Below, piece by piece: positions 12,201 to 26,000 of a stretch of 64,000 bases of DNA (positions are counted from its first letter, which is position 1; each line of letters begins with the position of its first letter). A program made the position numbers and the translations under genes. This stretch comes from the human T2T-CHM13v2.0 reference genome, Homo sapiens: assembly GCF_009914755.1 (NCBI RefSeq), contig NC_060948.1, one strand, 5' to 3'. The notes below the pieces were generated by a model. That model was not told the DNA's origin. It did no database searches and was given only the letters and a program-made list of their open reading frames with translations.

Positions 12201-15200
12201 CACGAATGCTCAAATTGAATGGACTCGAATGGAATGGAAAGGAAAGGAAAGTCATCGAATGGAATTGAATCGATTGGAATGAAATCGCATAGAATGGAGT
12301 GGAATCAAATGGAATTGAATCGAAAGGAAAGGAAGCGAATGGACTGAAATGAAATGGAATGGAATGGAATGGAAAGTAATGCAATGGAATAGAATGGAAA
12401 GAAATTTCACGGAATGGAATCAAACTGAATGGAATCAAATCAATGGAATCTAATCAAATGGAATGGAAAGGAATTGAATGGAGTATATTGGATTGGATGG
12501 GATTGGAATGAAATGTACTGGAAAGGACTCGAATTTCATGAAACGGAATGGAATGAATTGGAACGGAATGGACTCGAATGGAATGGAATGACATGGAATG
12601 GCATCAAATGGAATGGCATCAAATGGAATGGAATCGAATACAATGGAATGCTATGGAATGGAATGGAATGCATTGGAATGGAATGTCCTCTAATGGAATG
12701 GATTCGAGTGGAATGGAATCGAATATAATGGAGTCGAATGAAATGGAATTGAAAGGAATGGGATAGAATAGAATGGAATATACTGGAATGTAATGTAATG
12801 AACTCGAATGTAATTGACTGGAATGGAATGTACATGAATGGAATGTAATCGAATGGAAAGTAATCCAATGGAATAGAATCTAATGCAATAAAATCGACTC
12901 AGATAGAGTAGAATGTAATGGAATGGAGTGCAGTGCAATGGAATGGAATGGAATGGAATGCAATGGAATGGAATGGAATGGAATGGAATGGGATGGAATG
13001 GGGTGGAATGGTATGGAATGGATAGTAATGGACTGGAGTGAAATGGACTGGAAAGGAATGGACTCAAATTGAAAGGGCTCGAAAGGAATGGAGACAAATG
13101 AAATGGTCTGGAATGGAATGAACACGAATGTAATGCAATCCAATAGAATGGAGTCGAATGGCATGGAATATAAAGAAATGGAATCGAAGAGAATGGAAAC
13201 AAATGGAATGGAATTGAATGGAATGGAATTGAATGGAATGGGAACGAATGGAGTGAAATTGTATGCAGTAGAAGAGAATAGAATGGAATGCAAGCGAAAG
13301 GAAAGGAATGGATTGGAATGGAATGGAATTCATTGGAATGGAAGGGAATGTAGTGTAATGGACAGGCCTGGAATAAAGTGGAATGCTACGGTCTCAAATA
13401 GAATAAAAATGTATGGAATGGAATGCAATGAAACGGAATCGAATGTCATAGAATGTAATGGAATGCAAAAAAATGGAATCCAAAATCATTGACTGGAAAG
13501 GCTGGGTGTCGAAAGGAATTGACTCCAATGGAATGGAATCGAATGGAATGGAAGTGAATAGAATCGAACTAAATCGAATGGAATGGAATTGATAGGAACG
13601 GAATGGAAAGGAGTGCAATGATTTGGCATGGAATGGAATCGAATGGCATCGAATGGAATGGAATGGAATGCAATGGAATGGAATGTATTAGAATGTAATG
13701 AACTTTAATGGAATGTACTCGAATGGATTCGACTGGAATGGAATGTTCTCGAAGTGAATGGACTCCAATGGAATGGATTCGAAAGGAATGGAATCTAATG
13801 GAATGGAATTAAATGGAAATGAATCAAATTGAATAGAACGGAATTGAATTGAATGGAATCGAATGCAATGGAATCTAATGAAACGGAAAGGAAAGGAATG
13901 GAATGGATTGGAATGGAATGGGCTGGAATGGAATGGAATCGAAACGAATGGAATGGAATCGAACTGAAGAGACTGGAATGGAATGCACTGGAATGGAAGG
14001 GAATGTAATGGAAGTTTCTCGAAAAAAATGGAATCGAAAGGAATGGAATTGAATGGAACGGAATAGAGTCGAATGGAATTCAATGGAATGGAATGGACTA
14101 GAGTGAAATGGAATCGAACCACAAGGAATGGACAGGAATAGAATGGTCTCGAATTGAATGGAATCGTATGGAATGGCATCAATCGGAATGGAATGGACAG
14201 CCACGGAATGGAATGGACACCCACGGAATGGAATGCACTCGAATGCAATGGAGTCGACACTAATGGACTGGAATAGAATGGACTCGACTGATACGGACTC
14301 CAATGGAATGGAATCGAATGGAAGGGAATCGAACGGAATGGACTCGAAGGAAAAAGACTGCAATGGAAAGGTCTCCAATGGAATGGAAATTAATGGAATG
14401 GAATGGAATCGAATGAAATGGAGTCAAAAGGAATGGAATCGAATGGCAAGAAATCGAATGTAATGGAATCGCAAGGAATTGATGTGAACGGAACGGAATG
14501 GAATGGAATCCAAAGGAATGGAATAGAATGGAATGGAATCGAATGGAAAGGACTCGAATGGACATCACTCGAATAGAATGCAATTTAATAAAATAGGATC
14601 AAATGTAATGGAATGGAATGGAAAGGAATCGAAACGAAAGGAATGGAGACAGATGGAATGGAATGGAACAGAGAGCAATGGTATAGAATGGAATGGAATC
14701 ATCTGGAATGGAATTGAATGGAATGGAATAATATGAAATGGAAAGGAATGGAATGGAATGCCCTTGAATTAAATGGACTGGAATGGAATGGACTCGAACA
14801 GAGTGGAATGGAAAGTGTTGAAATAGAATGGAATGGACTCGTTTGGAATGGTCTAGTATGCAATGCAATAGACTGGCAGGGAATCAAAAGGAATGTAATC
14901 GAATGGATTGGACTGGAATGCAATGGACTCGAATAGATTGGAAACGGAAAGCAAAGGAATGGAATGGAATAGTATGGAATGGAATGGAAAGGAATGGAGT
15001 GGAATAGACTAGAGTGGAATGGAATGGACTCGAAAGCAATGGACTGGAATGGATCTTTCTTGAATGGACTGGAATCAAACGGAATGGAATGCAATGCAAT
15101 CAAATGGCATGGAATAAAATAGAATGAAAGAGAATCAAATGGAATTGAATCGAATGGAATCGAATGGATTGGAAAGGAATAGAATGGAATGGAATGGAAT

Positions 15201-16900
15201 TGACTCAAATGGAATGGACTAGAATGGAATGGATTCGAATGGAAGGCAAAGGAATGGAATCTATTGGAATGGACTGTAATGGAATGGAATGGAAGGGATT
15301 GGAATGGACTCGAATGGAATGGACTGCCATAGAAAGGATTCGAATGGAATGAAAAAGAATTGAATGGAATAGAACAGAATGGAATCAAATCGAATGAAAT
15401 GGAATGGAATAGAAAGGAATGGAATGAAATGGAATGCAAAGGATTCGAATGGAATGCAATCGAATGGAATGCAATCGAATGGAATGGAATCGAACGGAAT
15501 GGAATAAAATGGAAGAAAACTGGCAAGAAATGGAATCGAAATGAATGGAGTGTTATGGAACGGACTCAAAAGGAATTGAATGTAATAGAATGGAGTGGAG
15601 TGGACTCGAATATAATGGACTGGAATGGAATGAAATCACATGGAATGGGAACGAATGGAATGGAATGGAAAGGAATGGAATCGAATGGAAAGGAATCGAA
15701 TGGAAGGGAATGAAATTGAATCAACAGGAATGGAAGGGAGTAGAATAGACGGTAATGGAATGGACTCGAATAGAATGGACACGAATGCTCAAATTGAATG
15801 GACTCGAATGGAATGGAAACGAAAGGAATGTCATCGAATGGAATTGAATCGATTGGAATGAAATCACATAGAATGGAGTGGAATCAAATGGAATTGAATC
15901 GAAAGGAAAGGAAGCGAATGGACTGAAATGAAATGGAATGGAATTGAATGGAAATTAATGCAATGGAATAGAATGGAACGAAATTTCACGGAATGGAATC
16001 AAACTGAATGGAATCAAATCAATGGAATATAATCAAATGGAATGGAAAGGAATTGAATGGAGTAGATTGGATTGGATGGGATTGGAATGAAATGTACTGG
16101 AAAGGACTCGAATTTCATGAAACGGAAAGGAATGAATTAGAACGGAATGGACTCGAATGGAATGGAATGTCATGGAATGGCATCAAATGGAATGGAATCG
16201 AATGCAATGGAATGCTATGGAATGGAATGGAATGCATTGGAATGGAATGTCCTCTAATGGAATGTATTCGAGTGGAATGGAATCGAATATAATGGAGTCT
16301 AATGAAAGGGAATTGAAAGGAATGGGACCGAATACAATGGAATATACTGGAATGTAATGTAATGAACTCGAATGTAATTGACTGGAATGGAATGTACATG
16401 AATGGAATGTAATCGAATGGAAAGCAATCCAATGGAATAGAATCTAATGCAATAAAATCGACTCAAATAGAGTAGAATGTAATGGAATGGAGTGCAGTGC
16501 AATGGAATGGAATGGAATGGAATGCAATGGAATGGAATGGAATGGAATGGAATGGGATGGAATGGTATGGAATGGATAGTAATGGACTGGAGTGAAATGG
16601 ACTGGAAAAGAATGGACTCAAATTGAAACGTCTCGAAAGGAATGGAGTCAAATGGAATGGTCTGGAATGGAATGAACACGAATGTAATGCAATCCAATAG
16701 AATGGAATCGAATGGCATGGAATATAAAGAAATGGAATCGAAGAGAATGGAAACAAATGGAATGGAATTGAATGGAATGGAATTGAATGGAATGGGAACG
16801 AATGGAGTGAAATTGTATGCAGTAGAAGAGAATAGAATGGAATGCAAGCGAAAGGAAAGGAATGGATTGGAATGGAATGGAATTCATTGGAATGGAAGGG
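2800..16900. repeat. Two-monomer (A-B) higher-order duplication, period 7103-7108 bp
   Basis: Private variants recur at +7103/+7108: atccgaaatc (~2821/~9929), tttggcacgg (~2965/~10073), gtatattgg (~5380/~12483), the 20-bp duplication (7081/14184) and ggacatcactc (~7457/~14560). Identity is highest to about 7760/14860 and falls beyond that. Confidence 0.8.
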
Positions 16901-19900
16901 AATGTAGTGTAATGGACAGGCCTGGAATAAAGTGGAATGCTACGGTCTCGAATGGAATAAAAATGTATGGAATGGAATGCAATGAAACGGAATCGAATGT
17001 CATAAAATGTAATGGAATGCAAAAAAATGGACTCCAAAATCATTGACTGGAAAGGCTGGGTGTCGAAAGGAATTGACTCCAATGGAATGGAATCGAATGG
17101 AATGGAAGTGAATAGAATGGAACTAAATCGAATGGAATGGAATTGATAGGAACGGAATGGAAAGGAATGCAATGATTTGGCATGGAATGGAATCGAATGG
17201 CATCGAATGGAATGGAATGGAATGCAATGGAATGGAATGTATTAGAATGTAATGAACTTTAATGGAATGTACTCGAATGGATTCGACTGGAATGGAATGT
17301 TCTTGAAGTGAATGGACTCCAATTGAATGGATTCGAAAGGAATGGAATCTAATGGAATGGAATTAAATGGAAATGAATCAAATTGAATAGAACGGAATTG
17401 AATTGAATGGAATCGAATGCAATGGAATCTAATGAAACGGAAAGGAAAGGAATGGAATGGATTGGAATGGAATGGGCTGGAATGGAATGGAATCGAAACG
17501 AATGGAATGGAATCGAACTGAAGAGACTGGAATGGAATGCACTGGAATGGAAGGGAATGTAATGGAAGGTTCTCGAAAAAAATGGAATCGAAAGGAATGG
17601 AATTGAATGGAACGGAATAGAGTCGAATGGAATTCAATGGAATGGAATGGACTAGAGTGAAATGGAATCGAACCACAAGGAATGGACAGGAATAGAATGG
17701 TCTCGAATTGAATGGAATCGTATGGAATGGCATCAAACGGAATGGAATGGACAGCCACGGAATGGAATGCACTCGAATGCAATGGAGTCGACACTAATGG
17801 ACTGGAATAGAATGGACTCGACTGGTACGGACTCCAATGGAATGGAATCGAATGGAAGGGAATCGAACGGAATGGACTCGAAGGGAAAAGACTGCAATGG
17901 AAAGGTCTCGAATGGAATGGAAATTAATGGAATGGAATGGAATCGAATGAAATGGAGTCAAAAGGAATGGAATCGAATGGCAAGAAATCGAATGTAATGG
18001 AATCGCAAGGAATTGATGTGAACGGAACGGAATGGAATGGAATCGAAAGGGATGGAATGGAATCGAATGGAAAGGACTCGAATGGAAATCACTCGAATAG
18101 AATGCAATTTAATAAAATAGGATCAAATGTAATGGAATGGAATGGAAAGGAATCGAAACGAAAGGAATGGAGACAGATGGAATGGAATGGAACAGAGAGC
18201 AATGGTATAGAATGGAATGGAATCATCTGGAATGGAATTGAATGGAATGGAATAAGATGAAATGGAATGGAATGGAATGGAATGCCCTTGAATTAAATGG
18301 ACTGGAATGGAATGGACTCGAACAGAGTGGAATGGAAAGTGTTGAAATAGAATGGAATGGACTCCTTTGGAATGGTCTAGTATGCAATGCAATCGACTGG
18401 CAGAGAATCAAGAGGAATGTAATCGAATGGAAAGGACTGGAATGCAATGGAATCGAATAGATTGGAAACGGAAAGCAAAGGAATGGAATGGAATAGTATG
18501 GAATGGAATGGAAAGGAATGGAGTGGAATAGACTAGAGTGGAATGGAATGGACTCGAAAGCAATGGACTGGAATGGAACTTTCTTGAATGGACTGGAATC
18601 AAACGGAATGGAATGCAATGCAATCAAATGGCATGGAATAAAATAGAATGAAAGAGAATCAAACGGAATTGAATCGAATGGAATCGAATGGATTGGAAAG
18701 GAATAGAATGGAATGGAATGGAATTGACTCAAATGGAATGGACTAGAATGGAATGGATTCGAATGGAAGGCAAAGGAATGGAATCTATTGGAATGGACTG
18801 TAATGGAATGGAATGTAAGGGATTGGAATGGACTCAAATGGAATGGACTGCAATAGAAAGGATTCGAATGGAATGAAAAAGAATTGAATGGAATAAAACA
18901 GAATGGAATCAAATCGAATGAAATGGAATGGAATAGAAAGGAATGGAAAGGATTCGAATGGAATGCAATCGAATGGAATGCAATCGAATGGAATGGAATC
19001 GAACGGAATGTAATAAAATGGAAGAAAACTGGCAAGAAATGGAATCGAAATGAATGGAGTGTTATGGAACGGACTCAAAAGGAATTGAATGTAATAGAAT
19101 GGAGTGGAGTGGACTCGAATATAATGGACTGGAATGGAATGAAATCACATGGAATGGGAACGAATGGAATGGAATGGAAAGGAATGGAATCGAATGGAAA
19201 GGAATCGAATGGAAGGGAATGAAATTGAATCAACAGGAATGGAAGGGAGTAGAATAGACGGTAATGGAATGGACTCGAATAGAATGGACACGAATGCTCA
19301 AATTGAATGGACTCGAATGGAATGGAAACGAAAGGAATGTCATCGAATGGAATTGAATCGATTGGAATGAAATCACATAGAATGGAGTGGAATCAAATAG
19401 AATTGAATCGAAAGGAAAGGAAGCGAATGGACTGAAATGAAATGGAATGGAATTGAATGGAAATTAACGCAATGGAATAGAATGGAACGAAATTTCACGG
19501 AATGGAATCAAACTGAATGGAATCAAATCAATGGAATCTAATCAAATGGAATGGAAAGGAATTGAATGGAGTAGATTGGATTGGATGGGATTGGAATGAA
19601 ATGTACTGGAAAGGACTCGAATTTCATGAAACGGAATGGAATGAATTAGAACGGAATGGACTCGAATGGAATGGAATGTCATGGAATGGCATCAAATGGA
19701 ATGGAATCGAATGCGATGGAATGCTATGGAATGGAATGGAATGCATTGGAATGGAATGTCCTCTAATGGAATGTATTCGAGTGGAATGGAATCGAATATA
19801 ATGGAGTCTAATGAAAGGGAATTGAAAGGAATGGGACCGAATACAATGGAATATACTGGAATGTAATGTAATGAACTCGAATGTAATTGACTGGAATGGA

Positions 19901-22900
19901 ATGTACATGAATGGAATGTAATCGAATGGAAAGCAATCCAATGGAATAGAATCTAATGCAATAAAATCGACTCAAATAGAGTAGAATGTAATGGAATGGA
20001 GTGCAGTGCAATGGAATGGAATGGAATGGAATGCAATGGAATGGAATGGAATGGAATGGAATGGGATGGAATGGTATGGAATGGATAGTAATGGACTGGA
20101 GTGAAATGGACTGGAAATGAATGGACTCAAATTGAAAGGTCTCGAAGGGAATGGAGTCAAATGGAATGGTCTGGAATGGAATGAACACGAATGTAATGCA
20201 ATCCAATAGAATGGAATCGAATGGCATGGAATATAAAGAAATGGAATCGAAGAGAATGGAAACAAATGGAATGGAATTGAATGGAATGGAATTGAATGGA
20301 ATGGGAACGAATGGAGTGAAATTGTATGCAGTAGAAGAGAATAGAATGGAATGCAAGCGAAAGGAAAGGAATGGATTGGAATGGAATGGAATTCATTGGA
20401 ATGGAAGGGAATGTAGTGTAATGGACAGGCCTGGAATAAAGTGGAATGCTACGGTCTCGAATGGAATAAAAATGTATTGAATGGAATGCAATGAAACGGA
20501 ATCGAATGTCATAAAATGTAATGGAATGCAAAAAAATGGACTCCAAAATCATTGACTGGAAAGGCTGGGTGTCGAAAGGAATTGACTCCAATGGAATGGA
20601 ATCGAATGGAATGGAAGTGAATAGAATGGAACTAAATCGAATGGAATGGAATTGATAGGAACGGAATGGAAAGGAATGCAATGATTTGGCATGGAATGGA
20701 ATCGAATGGCATCGAATGGAATGGAATGGAATGCAATGGAATGGAATGTATTAGAATGTAATGAACTTTAATGGAATGTACTCGAATGGATTCGACTGGA
20801 ATGGAATGTTCTTGAAGTGAATGGACTCCAATTGAATGGATTCGAAAGGAATGGAATCTAATGGAATGGAATTAAATGGAAATGAATCAAATTGAATAGA
20901 ACGGAATTGAATTGAATGGAATCGAATGCAATGGAATCTAATGAAACGGAAAGGAAAGGAATGGAATGGATTGGAATGGAATGGGCTGGAATGGAATGGA
21001 ATCGAAACGAATGGAATGGAATCGAACTGAAGAGACTGGAATGGAATGCACTGGAATGGAAGGGAATGTAATGGAAGGTTCTCGAAAAAAATGGAATCGA
21101 AAGGAATGGAATTGAATGGAACGGAATAGAGTCGAATGGAATTCAATGGAATGGAATGGACTAGAGTGAAATGGAATCGAACCACAAGGAATGGACAGGA
21201 ATAGAATGGTCTCGAATTGAATGGAATCGTATGGAATGGCATCAAACGGAATGGAATGGACAGCCACGGAATGGAATGCACTCGAATGCAATGGAGTCGA
21301 CACTAATGGACTGGAATAGAATGGACTCGACTGGTACGGACTCCAATGGAATGGAATCGAATGGAAGGGAATCGAACGGAATGGACTCGAAGGGAAAAGA
21401 CTGCAATGGAAAGGTCTCGAATGGAATGGAAATTAATGGAATGGAATGGAATCGAATGAAATGGAGTCAAAAGGAATGGAATCGAATGGCAAGAAATCGA
21501 ATGTAATGGAATCGCAAGGAATTGATGTGAACGGAACGGAATGGAATGGAATCGAAAGGGATGGAATGGAATCGAATGGAAAGGACTCGAATGGAAATCA
21601 CTCGAATAGAATGCAATTTAATAAAATAGGATCAAATGTAATGGAATGGAATGGAAAGGAATCGAAACGAAAGGAATGGAGACAGATGGAATGGAATGGA
21701 ACAGAGAGCAATGGTATAGAATGGAATGGAATCATCTGGAATGGAATTGAATGGAATGGAATAAGATGAAATGGAATGGAATGGAATGGAATGCCCTTGA
21801 ATTAAATGGACTGGAATGGAATGGACTCGAACAGAGTGGAATGGAAAGTGTTGAAATAGAATGGAATGGACTCCTTTGGAATGGTCTAGTATGCAATGCA
21901 ATCGACTGGCAGAGAATCAAGAGGAATGTAATCGAATGGAAAGGACTGGAATGCAATGGAATCGAATAGATTGGAAACGGAAAGCAAAGGAATGGAATGG
22001 AATAGTATGGAATGGAATGGAAAGGAATGGAGTGGAATAGACTAGAGTGGAATGGAATGGACTCGAAAGCAATGGACTGGAATGGAACTTTCTTGAATGG
22101 ACTGGAATCAAACGGAATGGAATGCAATGCAATCAAATGGCATGGAATAAAATAGAATGAAAGAGAATCAAACGGAATTGAATCGAATGGAATCGAATGG
22201 ATTGGAAAGGAATAGAATGGAATGGAATGGAATTGACTCAAATGGAATGGACTAGAATGGAATGGATTCGAATGGAAGGCAAAGGAATGGAATCTATTGG
22301 AATGGACTGTAATGGAATGGAATGTAAGGGATTGGAATGGACTCAAATGGAATGGACTGCAATAGAAAGGATTCGAATGGAATGAAAAAGAATTGAATGG
22401 AATAAAACAGAATGGAATCAAATCGAATGAAATGGAATGGAATAGAAAGGAATGGAAAGGATTCGAATGGAATGCAATCGAATGGAATGCAATCGAATGG
22501 AATGGAATCGAACGGAATGTAATAAAATGGAAGAAAACTGGCAAGAAATGGAATCGAAATGAATGGAGTGTTATGGAACGGACTCAAAAGGAATTGAATG
22601 TAATAGAATGGAGTGGAGTGGACTCGAATATAATGGACTGGAATGGAATGAAATCACATGGAATGGGAACGAATGGAATGGAATGGAAAGGAATGGAATC
22701 GAATGGAAAGGAATCGAATGGAAGGGAATGAAATTGAATCAACAGGAATGGAAGGGAGTAGAATAGACGGTAATGGAATGGACTCGAATAGAATGGACAC
22801 GAATGCTCAAATTGAATGGACTCGAATGGAATGGAAACGAAAGGAATGTCATCGAATGGAATTGAATCGATTGGAATGAAATCACATAGAATGGAGTGGA

Positions 22901-23000
22901 ATCAAATAGAATTGAATCGAAAGGAAAGGAAGCGAATGGACTGAAATGAAATGGAATGGAATTGAATGGAAATTAATGCAATGGAATAGAATGGAACGAA
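16100..23000. repeat. Near-identical tandem monomer pair, period 3509 bp (shortest monomers)
   Basis: Shared private variants at +3509: aattagaacgg, tcttgaag, the gaaagggatgg deletion junction (~18045/~21554), cagagaatcaagagg and aatcaaatagaatt. ORF-track coordinates are offset by exactly 3509 (17242/20751, 18223/21732). Confidence 0.85.
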
Positions 23001-26000
23001 ATTTCACGGAATGGAATCAAACTGAATGGAATCAAATCAATGGAATATAATCAAATGGAATGGAAAGGAATTGAATGGAGTAGATTGGATTGGATGGGAT
23101 TGGAATGAAATGCACTGGAAAGGACTCGAATTTCATGAAACGGAATGGAATGAATTGGAACGGAATGGACTCGAATGGAATGGAATGTCACGGAATGGCA
23201 TCAAATGGAATGGCATCAAATGGAATGGAATAGAATGCAATGGAATGCTATGGAATGGAATGGAATGCATTGGAATGGAATGTCCTCTAATGGAATGTAT
23301 TCGAGTGGAATGGAATCGAATATAATGGAGTCGAATGAAATGGAATTGAAAGGAATGGGATCGAATACCATGTAATATACTGGAATGTAATGTAATGAAC
23401 TCGAATGTAATTGACTGGAATGGAATGTACATGAATGGAATGTAATCGAATGGAAAGTAATCCAATGGAATAGAATCTAATGCAATAAAATCGACTCAAA
23501 TAGAATAGAATGTAATGGAATGGAGTGCAGTGCAATGGAATGGAATGGAATGGAATGCAATGGAATGGAATGGAATGGAATGGAATGGAATGGAATGGGA
23601 TGGAATGGTATGGAATGGATAGTAATGGACTGGAGTGAAATGGACTGGAAAAGAATGGACTCAAATTGAAAGGGCTCGAAAGGAATGGAGTCAAATGGAA
23701 TGGTCTGGAATGGAATGAATACGAATGTAATGCAATCCAATAGAATGGAATCGAATGGTATGGAATATAAAGAATTAGAATCGAAGAGAATGGAAACAAA
23801 TGGAATGGAATTGAATGGAATGGAATTGAATGGAATGGGAACGAATGGAGTGAAATTGTATGCAGTAGAAGAGAATAGAATGGAATGCAAGCGAAAGGAA
23901 AGGAATGGATTGGAATGGAATGGAATTCATTGGAATGGAAGGGAATGTAGTGTAATGGACAGGCCTGGAATAAAGTGGAATGCTACGGTCTCGAATGGAA
24001 TAAAAATGTATGGAATAGAATGCAATGAAACGGAATCGAATGTCATAGAATGTAATGGAATGCAAAAAAATGGACTCCAAAATCATTGACTGGAAAGGCT
24101 GGGTGTCGAAAGGAATTGCCTCCAATGGAATGGAATCGAATGGAATGGAAGTGAATAGAATGGAACTAAATCGAATGGAATGGAATTGATAGGAACGGAA
24201 TGGAAAGGAATGCAATGATTTGGCATGGAATGGAATCGAATGGCATCGAATGGAATGGAATGGAATGCAATTGAATGGAATGTATTAGAATGTAATGAAC
24301 TTTAATGTAATGTACTCGAATGGATTCGACTGGAATGGAATGTTCTCGAAGTGAATGGACTCCAATGGAATGGATTCGAAAGGAATGGAATCTAATGGAA
24401 TGGAATTAAATGGAAATGAATCAAATTGAATAGAACGGAATTGAATGGAATGGAATCGAATGCAATGGAATCTAATGAAACGGAAAGGAAAGGAATGGAA
24501 TGGAATGGAATGGGCTGGAATTGAATGGAATCGAAACGAATGGAATGGAGTCGAACTGAAGAGACTGAAATGGAATGCACTGGAATGGAAGGGAGTGTAA
24601 TGGAAGGTTCTCGAAAAAAATGGAATCGAAAGGAATGGAATTGAATGGAACGGAATAGAGTCGAATGGAATTCAATGGAATGGAATGGACTAGAGTGAAA
24701 TGGAATCGAACCACAAGGAATGGACAGGAACAGAATGGTCTCGAATTGAATGGAATCGTATGGAATGGCATCAAACGGAATGGAATGGACAGCCACGGAA
24801 TGGAATGCACTTGAATGCAATGGAGTCGACACTAATGGACTGGAATAGAATGGACTCGACTGGTACGGACTCCAATGGAATGGAATCGAATGGAAGGGAA
24901 TGGAACGGAATGGACTCGAAGGGAAAAGACTGCAATGGAAAGGTCTCGAATGGAATGGAAATTAATGGAATGGAATGGAATCGAATGAAATTGAGTCAAA
25001 AGGAATGGAATCGAATGGCAAGAAATCGAATGTAATGGAATCGCAAGGAATTGATGTGAACGGAACGGAATCGAATGGAATCCAAAGGAATGGAATAGAA
25101 TGGAATGGAATCGAATGGAAAGGACTCGAATGGAAATCACTCGAATAGAATGCAATTTAATAAAATAGGATCAAATGTAATGGAATGGAATGGAAAGGAA
25201 TCGAAACGAAAGGAATGGAGACAGATGGAATGGAATGGAACAGAGAGCAATGGTATAGAATGGAATGGAATCATCTGGAATGGAATTGAATGGAATGGAA
25301 TAATATGAAATGGAATGGAATGGAATGGAATGCCCTTGAATTAAATGGACTGGAATGGAATGGACTCAAACAGAGTGGAATGGAAAGTGTTGAAATAGAA
25401 TGGAATGGACTCGTTTGGAATGGTCTAGTATGCAATGCAATCGACTGGCAGGGAATCAAGAGGAATGTAATCGAATGGATTGGACTGGAATGCAATGGAC
25501 TCGAATAGATTGGAAACGGAATGCAAAGGAATGGAATGGAATAGTATGGAATGGAATGGAAAGGAATGGAGTGGAATAGACTAGAGTGGAATGGAATGGA
25601 CTCGAAAGCAATGGACTGGAATGGAACTTTCTTGAATGGACTGGAATCAAACGGAATGGAATGCAATGCAATCAAATGGCATGGAATAAAATAGAATGAA
25701 AGAGAATCAAATGGAATTGAATCGAATGGAATCGAATGGATTGGAAAGGAATAGAATGGAATGGAATTGAATTGACTCAAATGCAATGGACTAGAATGGA
25801 ATGGATTCGAATGGAAGGCAAAGGAATGGAATCTATTGGAATGGACTGTAATGGAATGGAATGGAAGGGATTGGAATGGACTCGAATGGAATGGACTGCA
25901 ATAGAAAGGATTCGAATGGAATGAAAAAGAATTGAATGGAATAGAACAGAATGGAATCAAATCGAATGAAATGGAATGGAAGAGAAAGGAATGGAATGAA

